The translations under genes were made by a program, and so were the position numbers. Shown piece by piece: positions 24,571 to 37,200 of a DNA stretch of 64,000 nucleotides (the stretch's first letter is position 1; each line of letters starts with the position of its first letter). The notes below the pieces were generated by a model. The model did not search any database. It saw only the letters and a program-made list of their open reading frames with translations, and had not been told where the DNA came from. The DNA lies in assembly GCA_002633005.1 (NCBI GenBank), contig NMRA01000016.1, forward strand, positions 590,443-654,442, read 5' to 3'. Source of the stretch: Phoronis australis (taxonomy: Eukaryota; Animalia; Phoronida).

Positions 24571-26206
24571 ACACAACAGTCATGTCTATGATGCAACAAT
24601 TGACTCTCTGTAACTACGGTTGCGCGGTTTACATACAGAAGGGAACATATTTAAATGAAAGCATCTACTTTTGATACTAAAGTTATCTCAATCTTGAGAC
24701 ACGTCGTGGTGGCATTCTTACGGAACAATACATCACGTGTATTGAATAACTTAACTTTAACTAGCTGCTATGACTATAACGCTATTGAAATAATTGACGT
24801 GAGTTTTTTCAACCCATTGTTTGCATTTGCTTGCTTCAGCCTGAGGGACTTCTTTAGGCTTCAAGACCCTTTTTACTTTTCCGTAGTACATGTTTACAGT
24901 AACCACAACAAAGCCCTGTGCTTATTTGTATTATTTCCTCCGGAACTAATCTATACACAATGCTCTGTTGCCGTTGCCACAACACATGCGCATTGTACAG
25001 GAAAAACGAGAGGCGCTTGAATTCAGGCTTTGTTGTCAGCAGCGTTCGAAATAGACGCTGGCCCGGTGTCATAGGGCCAGTGGATATGCGGCCGGGCTAG
25101 TAACTTTAAAAGTTAACTTGACACCAGTAAATTTTCAGACCAACAGTCCCGGCGGGCAAGCACATTTATTTGCTGAATTTAAAACACTGGTTATCAGCCC
25201 CATTCGTTTGAAATGAATGACTCTCACTTTTACGTATTTGAAGGTTTACATTATCGTGTTCATCAGAACAAAAATAAAAACAATTGATTCTGTTTTATTT
25301 CGGAAATTGATGTGATAATGCAGTATTTTTAGTTGTCCTTGTTTTAAAAGTCACCCAATGCCGACTGAAAAGGCCGTTGAGATATTTTTTGCCGACCGAA
25401 TGCCAGATTTGATTCGCTGGTTTCAAGATGAGTCGGATGCGGGCCAGAACCACGAATGCTCATTTGTCCAAATGTAGAAACAAAATTAATTTTAAAGTTA
25501 ACGAATTTTCATCTTGAAAGATATTTCGCAGATAACCAATAACATGGACCTTGATTGATTCCTCAGTGGATTTCAACACACCTACGTATTACACTTCAAT
25601 TCCATTTCCCATGCAGGTTTCGTAAAGGAACATCACTCCTCTTGAGCAAAAATAAAGCAGGGTCACGTGTGAGTATCAAAAACCGAAAACCTTCAAAATA
25701 CCCACCTTCCAGTGCCACATTGATTGCAAAACCCAAGTTTTCAAAAAAAAAAACAACTGTAAATATTAGGCTCATTAAAAAGATAATTATTGTGATTTAC
25801 AGAGCATCGAATGACATCATTCGCTGGTTTGACTTCAGTCACGCTGTAAATGTACAAATATCACTGATGCTTGTGTCACACTGTTTCGTTTTAATAACAA
25901 TTTTTACATATATATGCAAATATATATTTATATGTATATGTATATATATTTGCTACCTATATGCATGTATAATATCAAATCGATTTCTAGACAAGAATAT
26001 CCTTTCTTGTTTATGCTCATATTGACGAAATAAAATATTTAAGTCGTTAGAATGAGTAACATTTGAGTCTTTCGTAGCACAACAAAACAGTGGTTTGAGG
26101 TCAATCTGTCTAATGTCAACGTTAAAGTTCATGATTTAAGCCCAGCCCACGTTTTTAAATCTGCACAGGAAATTTTCATTGAAACTGAACTTTTACACAT
26201 GATAAA

Positions 26207-26453
26207 CATGCGCGCACCCAGCCTAAAATATAGGGGGCCCAAATTTTTCAGAGCGTGGATCTTTTACTGAAAAAAAGTGGTGCTACCTTCAGACCTATGA
26301 ATTGTGCATTCGCGCCGAATTCCTATGGACTTTTGTATCGTTTTCTGGGACTTTTTGTTTCCCTGAGGCGGACCTTTCTGCCCACTTCGCCAAATAGTGG
26401 GGGGAGGAGATGTTTCATTCGAGCCCACCGAGCCCCTCCTAGGTGCACACATG
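26207..26453. mobile_element. MITE with CATG-terminated TIRs and probable 5-bp TSD
   Basis: catgcgcgcacc...ggtgcacacatg flanked by ataaa on both sides. Internal similarity to 1-220 and 770-968. Confidence 0.6.
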
Positions 26454-26913
26454 ATAAACAGCTTAAATGATTCGTATTTATTGAAGTGGCCGTAAACCCA
26501 TGTCGTTAAAAACGTTTTGATTTAAACCACCTAAGCAGTAAAATTGGTTTCTTAGTCAGATGGTTATGTGATTGCTGGGTTTGCAAAGAAATGGGAATTC
26601 CTTACTTTTTGAGACAATCGACCTTGAGCCTAGTCAAACACAATAACGAACTAGCAATTGTTTCGAAGACTTGAAATTCTTTTTTCCGTAACGATTTTGC
26701 TGTTCTTGTGACGGTAGGCAGATATAACGCCGCTTTTACTTTCAGATTAATCCGGGATTAAAAACGAACGCTTTTCTCTCAATATCAAATGCACGGTAGC
26801 TTGGTGCATGATCATGACACACATTTTTGATATTTATAGACGACGTTAGTGAATAGTTCGTGAACTGAGTACAAATTGAATACGCACAAAAGAGCATTGT
26901 CGCATTTTAGCGC

Positions 26914-26925
26914 TGACGCACCAAT
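26914..26925 (+). promoter_or_regulatory. Candidate proximal promoter elements (CRE-like TGACGCA and CCAAT box)
   Basis: tgacgca-ccaat ~90-100 nt upstream of ATG 27014. Motif match only. Confidence 0.25.
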
Positions 26926-27013
26926 CAATAAAATAGCACTGCTATTCAACAAAAAAGTTAACAGAAGTCGCTTACTCGCGAGTAAGTAGCCGAGGTGAAC
27001 GGCCGCGACGACA

Positions 27014-28296
27014 ATGCCGGAACGTACCGGGATTTTGATATTGATTTTACTTTTTTGCTGTGTGGCAGCATCTAAGGTGAACGCAACATCTCAACACTGT
27101 GACTTAACCTTAGACAGTGGCCCGGGGAGTGATTTCCTACAATGCGTTAATGGAAAATGGAACGTAAACGTTACGAACGCAACTTTGAAATACAACCACG
27201 GAGCACTGCAAATTGGACACCACCACTGGATGCAAGACTGGGGCAGATTGTTTAGAAAAAACAACACGTGGCACGTGCGCGTAGGCTGCGAGGAGCACAC
27301 GTGGAATGAGTTCTTCAGGCGTCACAAATTTAACGCCACTACTGAACGGTTCGAGAAGGGAAACTACTCCATCGAAGAAACTTGGTTGCCATGCGTGAAC
27401 AACTCGCTGGAGAGAATAAAACCGGATGGCTGCATTGACGATCGCGAGCTTGACAAGATGAAGAATGCAAGTCACTTTAAGTTGAATTGTGATGCCAATA
27501 GTACACGGTGGACGCTGATGGGCCAACGACTGTCTGACATTGTGGAAAAGTGGAGACGACTTGACCGTGACGTGGACGTGTTTGAGAAAATACGGACAAC
27601 ACCCGAATATCACGGCAGATGCAACGCGTCATCTTTTGCGGGGAGAGAAGCAGCGAATGCCTTGGAAAAAGTGAAAGATTTCATGATGTCTTTGGAGAGT
27701 AAGAGACGCGATTTAACATGCCGGGACTGGGGAAATAATGACAACAATAATGAAGACAACTGTCTTGACTTCGACAAATTGGCACGAGAAGTTAATAGAA
27801 GCAGAGCTTCTGGTGTACCCTTAAGTCTTTGTTATTGTAAAACATTTTCTAAAATCCTTCGCAAAAGGAACATGATTAACCATACACGCGGAGCAAACGA
27901 AAGTTGTGAGGCTTACACAAATCGAACGGCTCAAATAGTCTTGAAATTCGATACAGAGATGAGACAGAAATTCTCCTGTTCCGGACCGCAGTGTGTCGAC
28001 TTACGTAACTTACGTAGACGCATTGATGAAGGAATGCAAGTTAACGACAGNTAGTTGCCAGATGTGCCATGCGGCGATAAATGTCGCTAAAAAGATGATA
28101 CAAGGAATCGAGAGAAACATTTCCAGAACAGGCAACTCGAATTGTTCTTCAATCGACATAAACGAATTAAAGTGGTCCCCAAACGAAACATGTTCAGTTT
28201 TCACTAACAGAACGCTGAGAGCGCTTCGATCACTGGAAAGATGTCAACCATGCGACAGACCATTTGCCTGTTGGGAGTATAACGAAAACAAAACCG
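27014..28296 (+). CDS. First coding exon: signal peptide plus Trp/Cys-rich N-glycosylated region of unknown family
   Basis: 346-aa ORF from ATG with a hydrophobic N-terminus. After the N it continues in another frame to the donor G|gtaagt at 28296. Confidence 0.85.
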
Positions 28297-31200
28297 GTAA
28301 GTTGATGACACGATGTCCTTACTAAATAAGTCACATTTTACAAATAACATTATGCTGTTTGGAAAATATGCACTGTTGTTATTATAAGGCAAACGACATT
28401 TTCAATGGTACACACTGTGCAGCCTTTTAAAAGACAGTTTTCACTTGCAATATTACTTAACTTACATGTTTTGTTAAGCGCGCTTCACCTATCACTTAAT
28501 TGTGACCTCATGCTGGTTTATTTTTACATCGAATGAACAGACGCAGTCTGCGAAGTCTTTCGACACAAGAGCCCCGTTTTGAAATGCGACAACGGCTCTT
28601 GGACCGCCAACGGCGAACGTTTGGGCAGTGCCGTCGATAAAATGGTGGATGTGGTTCAGTGTCAAGGGGATGTGAGGGACGCCGTTCAGGAATTACGTAA
28701 CATGACGTCATGCGGAGGGAACGGAAGCGTAGATGGAGCGCGCCGGATCCAGGAGAACATGGGGCGTCTCAGTGATGTCGTTCGCTCTCGTATTTCCGAT
28801 AAGTTGTGTTCTGAAGAAGGTAAATACATAAAGAACTGATGCTTGCTTATCTGTGCCTAGAGAAAGCTATGTTCCCGAAGCCAAAGCCCTCGGGCTAGAT
28901 TGTTCTTCCTCGGCCCTTAACATCAGCTGATAATGCTTTCTAGAACTAACCGCACAAAGTATAATTCAAGAGTTACATGGTTACTTGTTTTGCGGTCGAA
29001 TTCTAAGTGTATTAGAAGCACAATGTGATTTAAAACTATTCACTTTGTGCAACTTTCCCAATATCAATACCCAAGTCAAAAATCTTTCTCCCGACGGAGT
29101 GCGCGGGCATTCTCATTAATAGTTTTCTCTTGAATACATTTTTAAAAAATCTATTCTATTTTCATCTTCCGTAATTCTATTATCGCAAGCTATTTTATTT
29201 CTCAAAAACCGCATAATGTTCTTAGTTGTGGTAGATACCTATTGGCGAAGGAGTTTGCGTAGCTTTTCGTTGCCAAACTGGTTTGAAGTGCGTATTTTTA
29301 GCACCTAATTTTTTAAAAAACAATTGTGGATCATTGAAATTATGTAGGACCCTAGAAAAATGTCCAAATTTGGCAAAATTTGAAACATCATTTTTGATTG
29401 GATTCAAATGGATCATTTAGACAAAGTGCGTAATAATACACTATTGTCCAAAGAGAGCTAAAAATTTTCCTTTTCGCATGAGGTGCTATCAAAAATACTT
29501 CTTTTTTGATTTTTATAAAAATATTATTAAGTTGCGCGAAACGGAAACGAAGTGATATTTTAAGAAGCTACAACAGCGTTGTTGAGATCTCACCTCGGGC
29601 ATTTACATCAATAAAATTTGACATGCTTGTTTTGCTATAAATGCGCCATTCTTTCCCTAAATTTTACTAAAACGACATGGTCTAGTGACCCAATTGTTAA
29701 CAAAGGGTAAAAATCCAAAGAAAAATTTTAGGCGTTGTTTTTCAGAAAAGGTGTACCTTTACTGAGTAAAAATGTATAGTTTTACAAATTTCGGGCTCAA
29801 TACACAGACACGTAAGCTTAAGGAGACAATCTCAAATGTCTGCCCTGTGCTCATCCTAAAACTATCTTCGCTGGTTTCGAGAGTCTGCGCACACTTAAAG
29901 TCCGCCATGACCAACTAAGTTGTTTATCAGTCGCACGATTTTAACTCGAGTCATCTCCACATGCTTTTCATTTTGTCTTTCGTCCATTTTATTTGTAGCT
30001 TGGAAAATTTGCTGTGCTTCTGTCATCTTGCCCAGCTCTTAAAGACACACAATAAAATGCACCAACACGCATCATCTTCGCAAACTCACTCTTTATTGCT
30101 ACAGGGTATTGACATAAAACCTTGACATTGAAACGATTGCCTCGTGGATGCACTTCGCAAGAGGCTGATTAAACGTGGTTGTATATTTTTAGAATGCACT
30201 TTCTATGGAAAATGTGTCGAAAAAAATTCAGACGACGAAGTGTGCAGCTCGTGACGAACTAGTATTCGAGAATATAGCATGTAAACGTAATTCATAAAGC
30301 CACAACTGGTAGAGTTCAATGGCTATTTCCTTTTCTCGCAAATAACATTCAGAGTCAAGAAGCACGTTAACGATGGATTAACTCATGCCTAGTCGGATAC
30401 TGTTAGAGCTGAAAATTAGGTGTTTACACTCGATCGATTTTATATTTTACCGTAACGATATCTAAAGGGCAATTCTGATAGGAAAACACAGCTCGTTATG
30501 CATTGTGCAAATATGAATGCTCAGCGGCCCAAAAAGATGTATGTACGGAAGCGATGCTTATTTGCAGACTTTCCAACAACGGAAATATGACGACATTCAT
30601 CGAGATTTTTAACAGCACTTCCTTAGACATCGGCCAGTAGTACCCCTTCGTTTACGACCATCGTGTAGACCAGTTGGAGAGGGTAGTGTTCCGACACGAT
30701 TTTTCGAACTCAAAAAGTGAACACAAATTAGATTCCGCTATTCGTTTGACTCCGGAAGTTATTTTTGGCACGAGACCTACTAAAATGGATCGAACGGATC
30801 ACGAGGCTTATCAACAATAAACAATACGTAGGCAGGCAAACCGGAATGCCCTCGTTCACCAACGGCCACAACACCACGAAATAGCGCCCCAATCGCACAA
30901 ACAAAATGACACGAAACATCCGGAGTGTGCAGTGGTCTGATTGCAGTGTATGCTACAGTCACATGCACGTACGACATGCGCAGATCATAGACAGGAGTGA
31001 ATCGGGCGAGTTCGCACGACTTTTAACTAGCACATTCATATCAACGCAATGAATTAAATTTATTCGCAGTCCGTAGTCACGGTAAATGGTCAGTGAACCT
31101 AAGCAAATGTCATACTGGGTTACACAGACATCAAAATTATCCGCTGGGTAAGTTTGATTGTTGCATGACGTCAAGTGCATTATTCAACAGTAACAGCGTG

Positions 31201-34200
31201 GCGCGTGATAATGCGACGTCATTGTTGTCACCCAGAGTAAATTTTATGCATTCGGGCCCACACCGAGACTTCACACGTTGAATAAATAAAGAGGTCTGCC
31301 CGCCAGACCTAAAAATCTTTAGCTACATACCCTTTCAATATTTACATATTTATATTATGAAAACAAGGACCTTGAACTATACTGAGGTCCACATGTACAT
31401 GTATGTAAATACTGCTCACCGAGATTTCCACGCCTACGTTTCTTGACAGGTCGGTTAGTTAGTCCGTTTTCGTACATTTTCAACGGTGATTCGAGGTGAA
31501 GTTGGCACCATAAAATGCGACTGCGATAACAGAAACATATTCTACAAACGATTCTCACTGGCAATGCAGAGATATTTCAACAAATGGTAAAATGTTCAAA
31601 TAACATGCTCCAACAACAAAAGAACTAAGAAACTGCCCGTTGCCTCGAAGCGCAGAAATCCCGCTAACTTTATTTAACGAATTAATCGAGAGCGACGGTT
31701 TTTGTGATGGCAGGTAGGTTTCTACTATCGCTTTAATCAAATAATTAAATACACTATGTCGAAGTAATTACTGTAAGAGACGAATTTTTTCCAACATGAC
31801 AAAAGTCTAACTAGAAAAGTCCACTAAATTACAAAACACATGGGCCACCACTATCGTTGTTTCGTGATCATGCAATCACGGCAGGACAGGATCTCAAAAT
31901 TTTAATGAATTAAATGATATAATGACCATGCAAAGACAAACTGTTCATCAGCCAAACTGAAATGTAAATGAACAGCTGCACTATATATGTCTAGTCATAC
32001 AAGTCCTACATTGTGTAAAGGATGGCATTATGACCAGCTTTTATCGTCTCAAAAGAGATCTTCATTACGGCTTCAGATTCTTTTCCATTTAAGGTCACGG
32101 CCTGGAATATCCAATAGAGTCATGCCTTGACTTCGATGTGCTAACACAGGACGATAAGTTTAAACCAGAACATGTCAACGCGTCCTGTGACCTGTTACGA
32201 CAACAATTCAAACAAATGCACGAGAAAATACGCAAAGAAGATCTGCTAAACAACTCCAGGCTAGGTGACATCGGGCGTCAACTGAACTCCTCATGCGACC
32301 TCCGTATGGTAAACGAAACTCGTCACAAACTCTTGCAACTTCGAGGCGCTTTACTGGGTAGAGTCAAGATCGTGCAATGTGAAAAACGTCCACAATTTTG
32401 CGTTGGTAAAGAATTCTTTGGTAATTTGACAAATTCCATGGAAGTGAGGAACATGACAATGATGGTCCGAAAAACGTGCGAAGAAAAAGTAAAATCAGGA
32501 TTAAACTTTACATGTGGGCACGGCAATACTACACGAGAGATGCAGGACTGGGTAAAGAAGTTTGTAGACAGGGTTAAAATGGAAGGACATAATCTTTACT
32601 GCGATGAAAATGGTAAGTATGTGTTTTGAATTTATTTTCCGGTTTGTCGAGATCAAAATTGTTGGAGAAAAGTTCATTTCATTATGGCAAATCGTAACTA
32701 AAGAGCACCATAAATGTACAATGCATTCAAGCAAGGACAATCGTTGACTGGTGACGTTCAGTACACTGAAGCTGAACAACCGGGTCCTAATTTATCTAAT
32801 ATCACGAAACGCGTGTTCCAAGTTACATCGGAAACGTAAGTGTACAACAACATTTACGCTACATGCTTTACTTTGCGTAACAGGGAAATACTTGCTAAGC
32901 TTTTGTTGCCCAAAATGTTTTACATTATGATATAATATCATTTTTTCATTGGTTCAGAACATTCAACAGAATCCTGCCTCGACTTCGATGTGCTAACACA
33001 GGACGATAAGTTTAAACCAGAACATGTCAACGCGTCCTGTGACCTGTTACGACAACAATTCAAACAAATGCACGAGAAAATACGAAAAGAAGATCTGCTA
33101 AACAACTCCAGGCTAGGTGACATCGGGCGTCAACTGAACTCCTCATGCGATCTCCGTATGGTGAATGAAACCCGTCACAAACTCTTGCAACTTCGAGGCG
33201 CTTTACTGGGAAGAGTCAAGATCACGCAATGTGAAAAACGTCCACAATTTTGCGTTGGTAAAGAATTCTTTGGTAATTTGACAAATTCCATGGAAGTGAG
33301 GAACATGACAATGCTGGTCCTAAAAACGNAATGGAAGGACATAATCTTTACTGCCATGAAAGTGGTAAGTACATGTATGAGTTTTGAATATATTGTCCGA
33401 TGTGTCAAGATCAAATTTGTTGGAGAAAATTTCCTTTCATATTGACAAATTTTAACTAAAAAGCACAATACATGTACAATGCATTCAAACAAGAACAATC
33501 GTTTATTGGCGACGTTCGATACAACTGAAACGTAATCCAGGTCCTAATTTATCTAATATCATGAAACGATTGTTTCAAGTTACATCGAAACGTAAATGAA
33601 CGATAACTTTTACGTTACACGATTTACTTTACGTAACAGGGAAATAATTGATCAGCTTTTAGTGCCCAAAACGTTCTACATTATGATATAATATCATTTT
33701 TTTCATTGGTTCAGAACATTCAACAGAATCCTGCCTCGACTTCGATGTGCTAACACAGGACGATAAGTTTAAACCAGAACATGTCAACGCGTCTTGTGGT
33801 CTGTTACGACAACAATTCAAACAAATGCACGAGAAAATACGCAGAGAAGATCTGCTAAACAACTCCAAACTGGCTGACATTGGACGTCAACTGAACTCCT
33901 CATGCGACCTCCGTATGGTGAATGAAACCCGTCACAAACTCTTGCAACTTCGAGGCGCTTTACTGGGCAGAGTCAAGATCATGCAATGTGAAAAACGTCC
34001 ACAATTTTGCGTGGATAAAGAATTCTTTGGGAATATGACAAATTTCATGGAAGTGAGAAACATGACAATGGTGGTCCAAAAAACGTGCGAAGAAAAAGTT
34101 AAATTAGGATTGAACTTCACATGTAGGCATGGCAACAGTACACGAGAGATGCAGGACTGGGTAAAGAAGTTTGTAGACAAAGTCAAAATGCAAGGACATG

Positions 34201-37200
34201 ATCTTTACTGCAAAGAAAGTGGTGGTAAGTGTGGTCTGTCAGTGTTTCGAGAGAAATACGCACACTTTTTGGAAGTAATATTTTCTTCGTTTGTAACAAT
34301 TCACGCAATATAACGAACTTAATTAATAGGTACCTATCTCTGGACACAAATGCTTCGTAAATCGCAACGCTGAATGGATTTGCATTACATAATCTTCTAA
34401 CTGTGTAAAACGGGAAATTTTGTGCCATTCATATTCATAGGCCACTTTGTTGGTTCACCAAGAGAAGCTGAAACATCAAACGTAAAACAAAGTCAAGTCA
34501 TGTCATGTCAATTTCTGAAAACTTAAGATGGCATATTCACAGAACGTCAAGACAATTATCGTTTTCAATTCAGTTGATGTTCGTGTAAATTTTCGTTTTG
34601 TTACAAAAAAGGGCAAGAATGCTACTACAAGCAGTCATACTCGCGTGCACACACACACGTTAACACACACATACACACAGACATTCAAGGATTTATACCA
34701 TTAGACAATTGAAAAGGAACGCCGATCCCATTCTCTGGTGAAACAATGATATTGGATATTTTAGTAGTTTGAAGCGAACTGTGCATAGGTGTGATTACGT
34801 TTTAAACGGTTAGAAATAGCTTTTGAGAAATCCCTAACAACTGACCAGTTATTTTCCCGATTTCTGCCCAGGCACTGAAAGACCTGCATGTTTGGACTTC
34901 GACGTATTAATTGACAACCAGAAGTTCGATCCAAAACAACCTAACGTCTCATGCCAGCTTTTACGTGACCAGTTCAAATTCTTGAGAAACACTTTGCAAG
35001 GTGAAAATCTTCACAACGACGCCAAACTAGTCGACATCGGGCGCCAGCTGAATTCATCCTGCGATATTCGTATGGTGAACGACACACGCCACAAACTTTT
35101 GAAACTTCAAGGCGTTTTAATTGGTAATGTTAAGATTGGGCAATGCGAGAAACGTCCAAGGTTTTGTGTTGACAACGACTTCTTTGAAAAGATGACTGAT
35201 CCCACAAAAGTCAGAAACATAACAATGATTGTACGCAATACATGTGAGGAAAAAGTAAAGTCAGGATTACAATTCACATGTGCGCACGGCAACAGTACAC
35301 TAGAGATGCAGGGCTGGGTCAAGAAGTTTGTAGAAAGAGTTAAAATGGAAGGACATGATCTTTACTGCAAAGAAAGTGGTGGTAAGTGCCGTTCTACAAA
35401 TTTCTTCGTGTAATAAGCGGAAATACAGATATTTTCGATATTTTTTTAAGTAAACTTCCTAGGTTTAAACTACCAATGAAGATATACGCCAAATAATTTT
35501 GTTATAGGGTTGCAAATGGTTTGATAATTCACAATCTGTTCATGACTTGCAGCTGTTTGTTCAGTCATTTATTGAAAACGATAGTTAAAAGTGCTAAAGC
35601 CTCGACAAGACATCCAGTTACTTTTGTCATGCCTCAAATTGAGTAAAAATCAAGCAAAGTTTGCGAAGCCTGCTAGTGTACGCTGCTTTTTGGAAAGAAC
35701 ATTATCCCACCTCAAATCACATATTCAAATTTCTGACACAGTCAGGAGGCGTCTAATCAGAGGGAATATTAATCGTCCAATAACAAACTCCAAATCAATT
35801 TTGGCGAAATCACAACAGCATAGTTTAATATTCTTTCAATGTTAAACTTGTGAAGTTCCATTGGCTTATAGTATTCTATTTCATGCGCAATTTGGAGCTG
35901 TTCTAGACCATTTGATACGAAAGTCGACATGATCCAACCTACCACCAAAGATTGTCGAAGAATATTTGTTAATTTTACTTTCCACCTTTTCCCAGAAAGC
36001 ACCATAACTAGCATTCAAGTATTGCGGCCCCCTTTCTTGAGGCTGAACTATCTCAAGCAGTCAATGTATGGTTTCAGGACAACAATGTCAGGTACGACGA
36101 TCGCCGATAAAAGTGGGTCCAGAAGGGAAAGCGTGGCTAGACAACATTGAACTTCCAGATTTAATCGTATTTGATGGTGAACCGTATATGCGAGGCATGC
36201 CTATCAAGGACTGGCTGCAAGTACATGGCGTGGACGAAAAGTGTAACGTAATTCCTTTAAACGGGTCAAAAGCGGTCGCCAGCCTAGCGAATTACTATAA
36301 CGGCAGGAAGGAGTTTGTCGGCTGCGTCGATAGCTCTGAGGATAAGTGGTTGTGCGAGAGAGAACCCAGAGTAATGAAAAATGAAAAATTGGGAAAGTGG
36401 ACCGTGTTTGGTATAGAGTGGTCCACATTTACAACCATGTATACAAACATGTTGGCGAGAACGAATATAACAATGCCAGCCATTACGGCGGCTGAACCGA
36501 CTAAAGCCGCTAACGGCACGATCTTTATTGGGAAGGAGACTTGGGACGAGTTTTACAGTCGCACTATTGAGATTTGGAAAGTTAAAAGACGAGAAGCCAA
36601 CTGCGGAACGAAATACCCCCATTTGTATGCAACACCTGAGAAAATAGGTAAGAGTACGTTAAAGTTATGTAACTCGCCAGGCAAGAAAAAAGTTTTCCCA
36701 GCAGTGAAAGTCACGGCGATCTGTGACAGCAGTCTAACAGAAACGCATTGTTTAACTGGAAAACACCTGGCTTAAATTAAAACACACCTCTGTCCATGCA
36801 TGTCACCTCAAAAATTAAAGTAGCGGTTCTCATACAGACATGTATGACCAGATGTCTCACTGAATCAATGTAACTTATAAACGAGATCGATCTCCGTCTA
36901 TTATTTCAGTATCTCTTGAAGTGGACATTGTGGCCGAGTCACTTGGTCGAGATCACGAATTTGCCAAACGCGTTTTAACCGACATGGCACACAAATGTCT
37001 TCAGGAGAAGNGAGAACGAATATAACAATGCCAGCCATTACGGCGGCTGAACCTACTAAAGCCGCTAACGGCACGGTCTTTATTGGGAAAGAGACTTGGG
37101 ACGAGTTTTACAGTCGCACTATTGAGGTTTGGAAAGTTAAAAGACGAGAAGCCAACTGCGGAACGAAATACCCCCATTTGTATGCAACACCTGAGAAAGT

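Noticed and set aside
28052-28054. Stop codon ending a standalone 346-aa secreted protein
   Set aside because: The TAG directly follows an N gap. Homologous coding sequence continues in another frame to a good splice donor at 28296.
28055-28275. Saposin-like domain (CQMC...C...C...C.....C)
   Set aside because: The Cys spacing is only loosely similar. The segment aligns better with the gene's own NxxC...TNRT repeat and is cut by a gap.
29780-31100. Possible nested antisense gene in the large intron
   Set aside because: Only short ORFs, with no recognisable motif or consistent exon chain
32958-33364. Pseudo-exon with deletion and frameshift
   Set aside because: The lesion coincides with the N at 33329, so it is probably an assembly artefact
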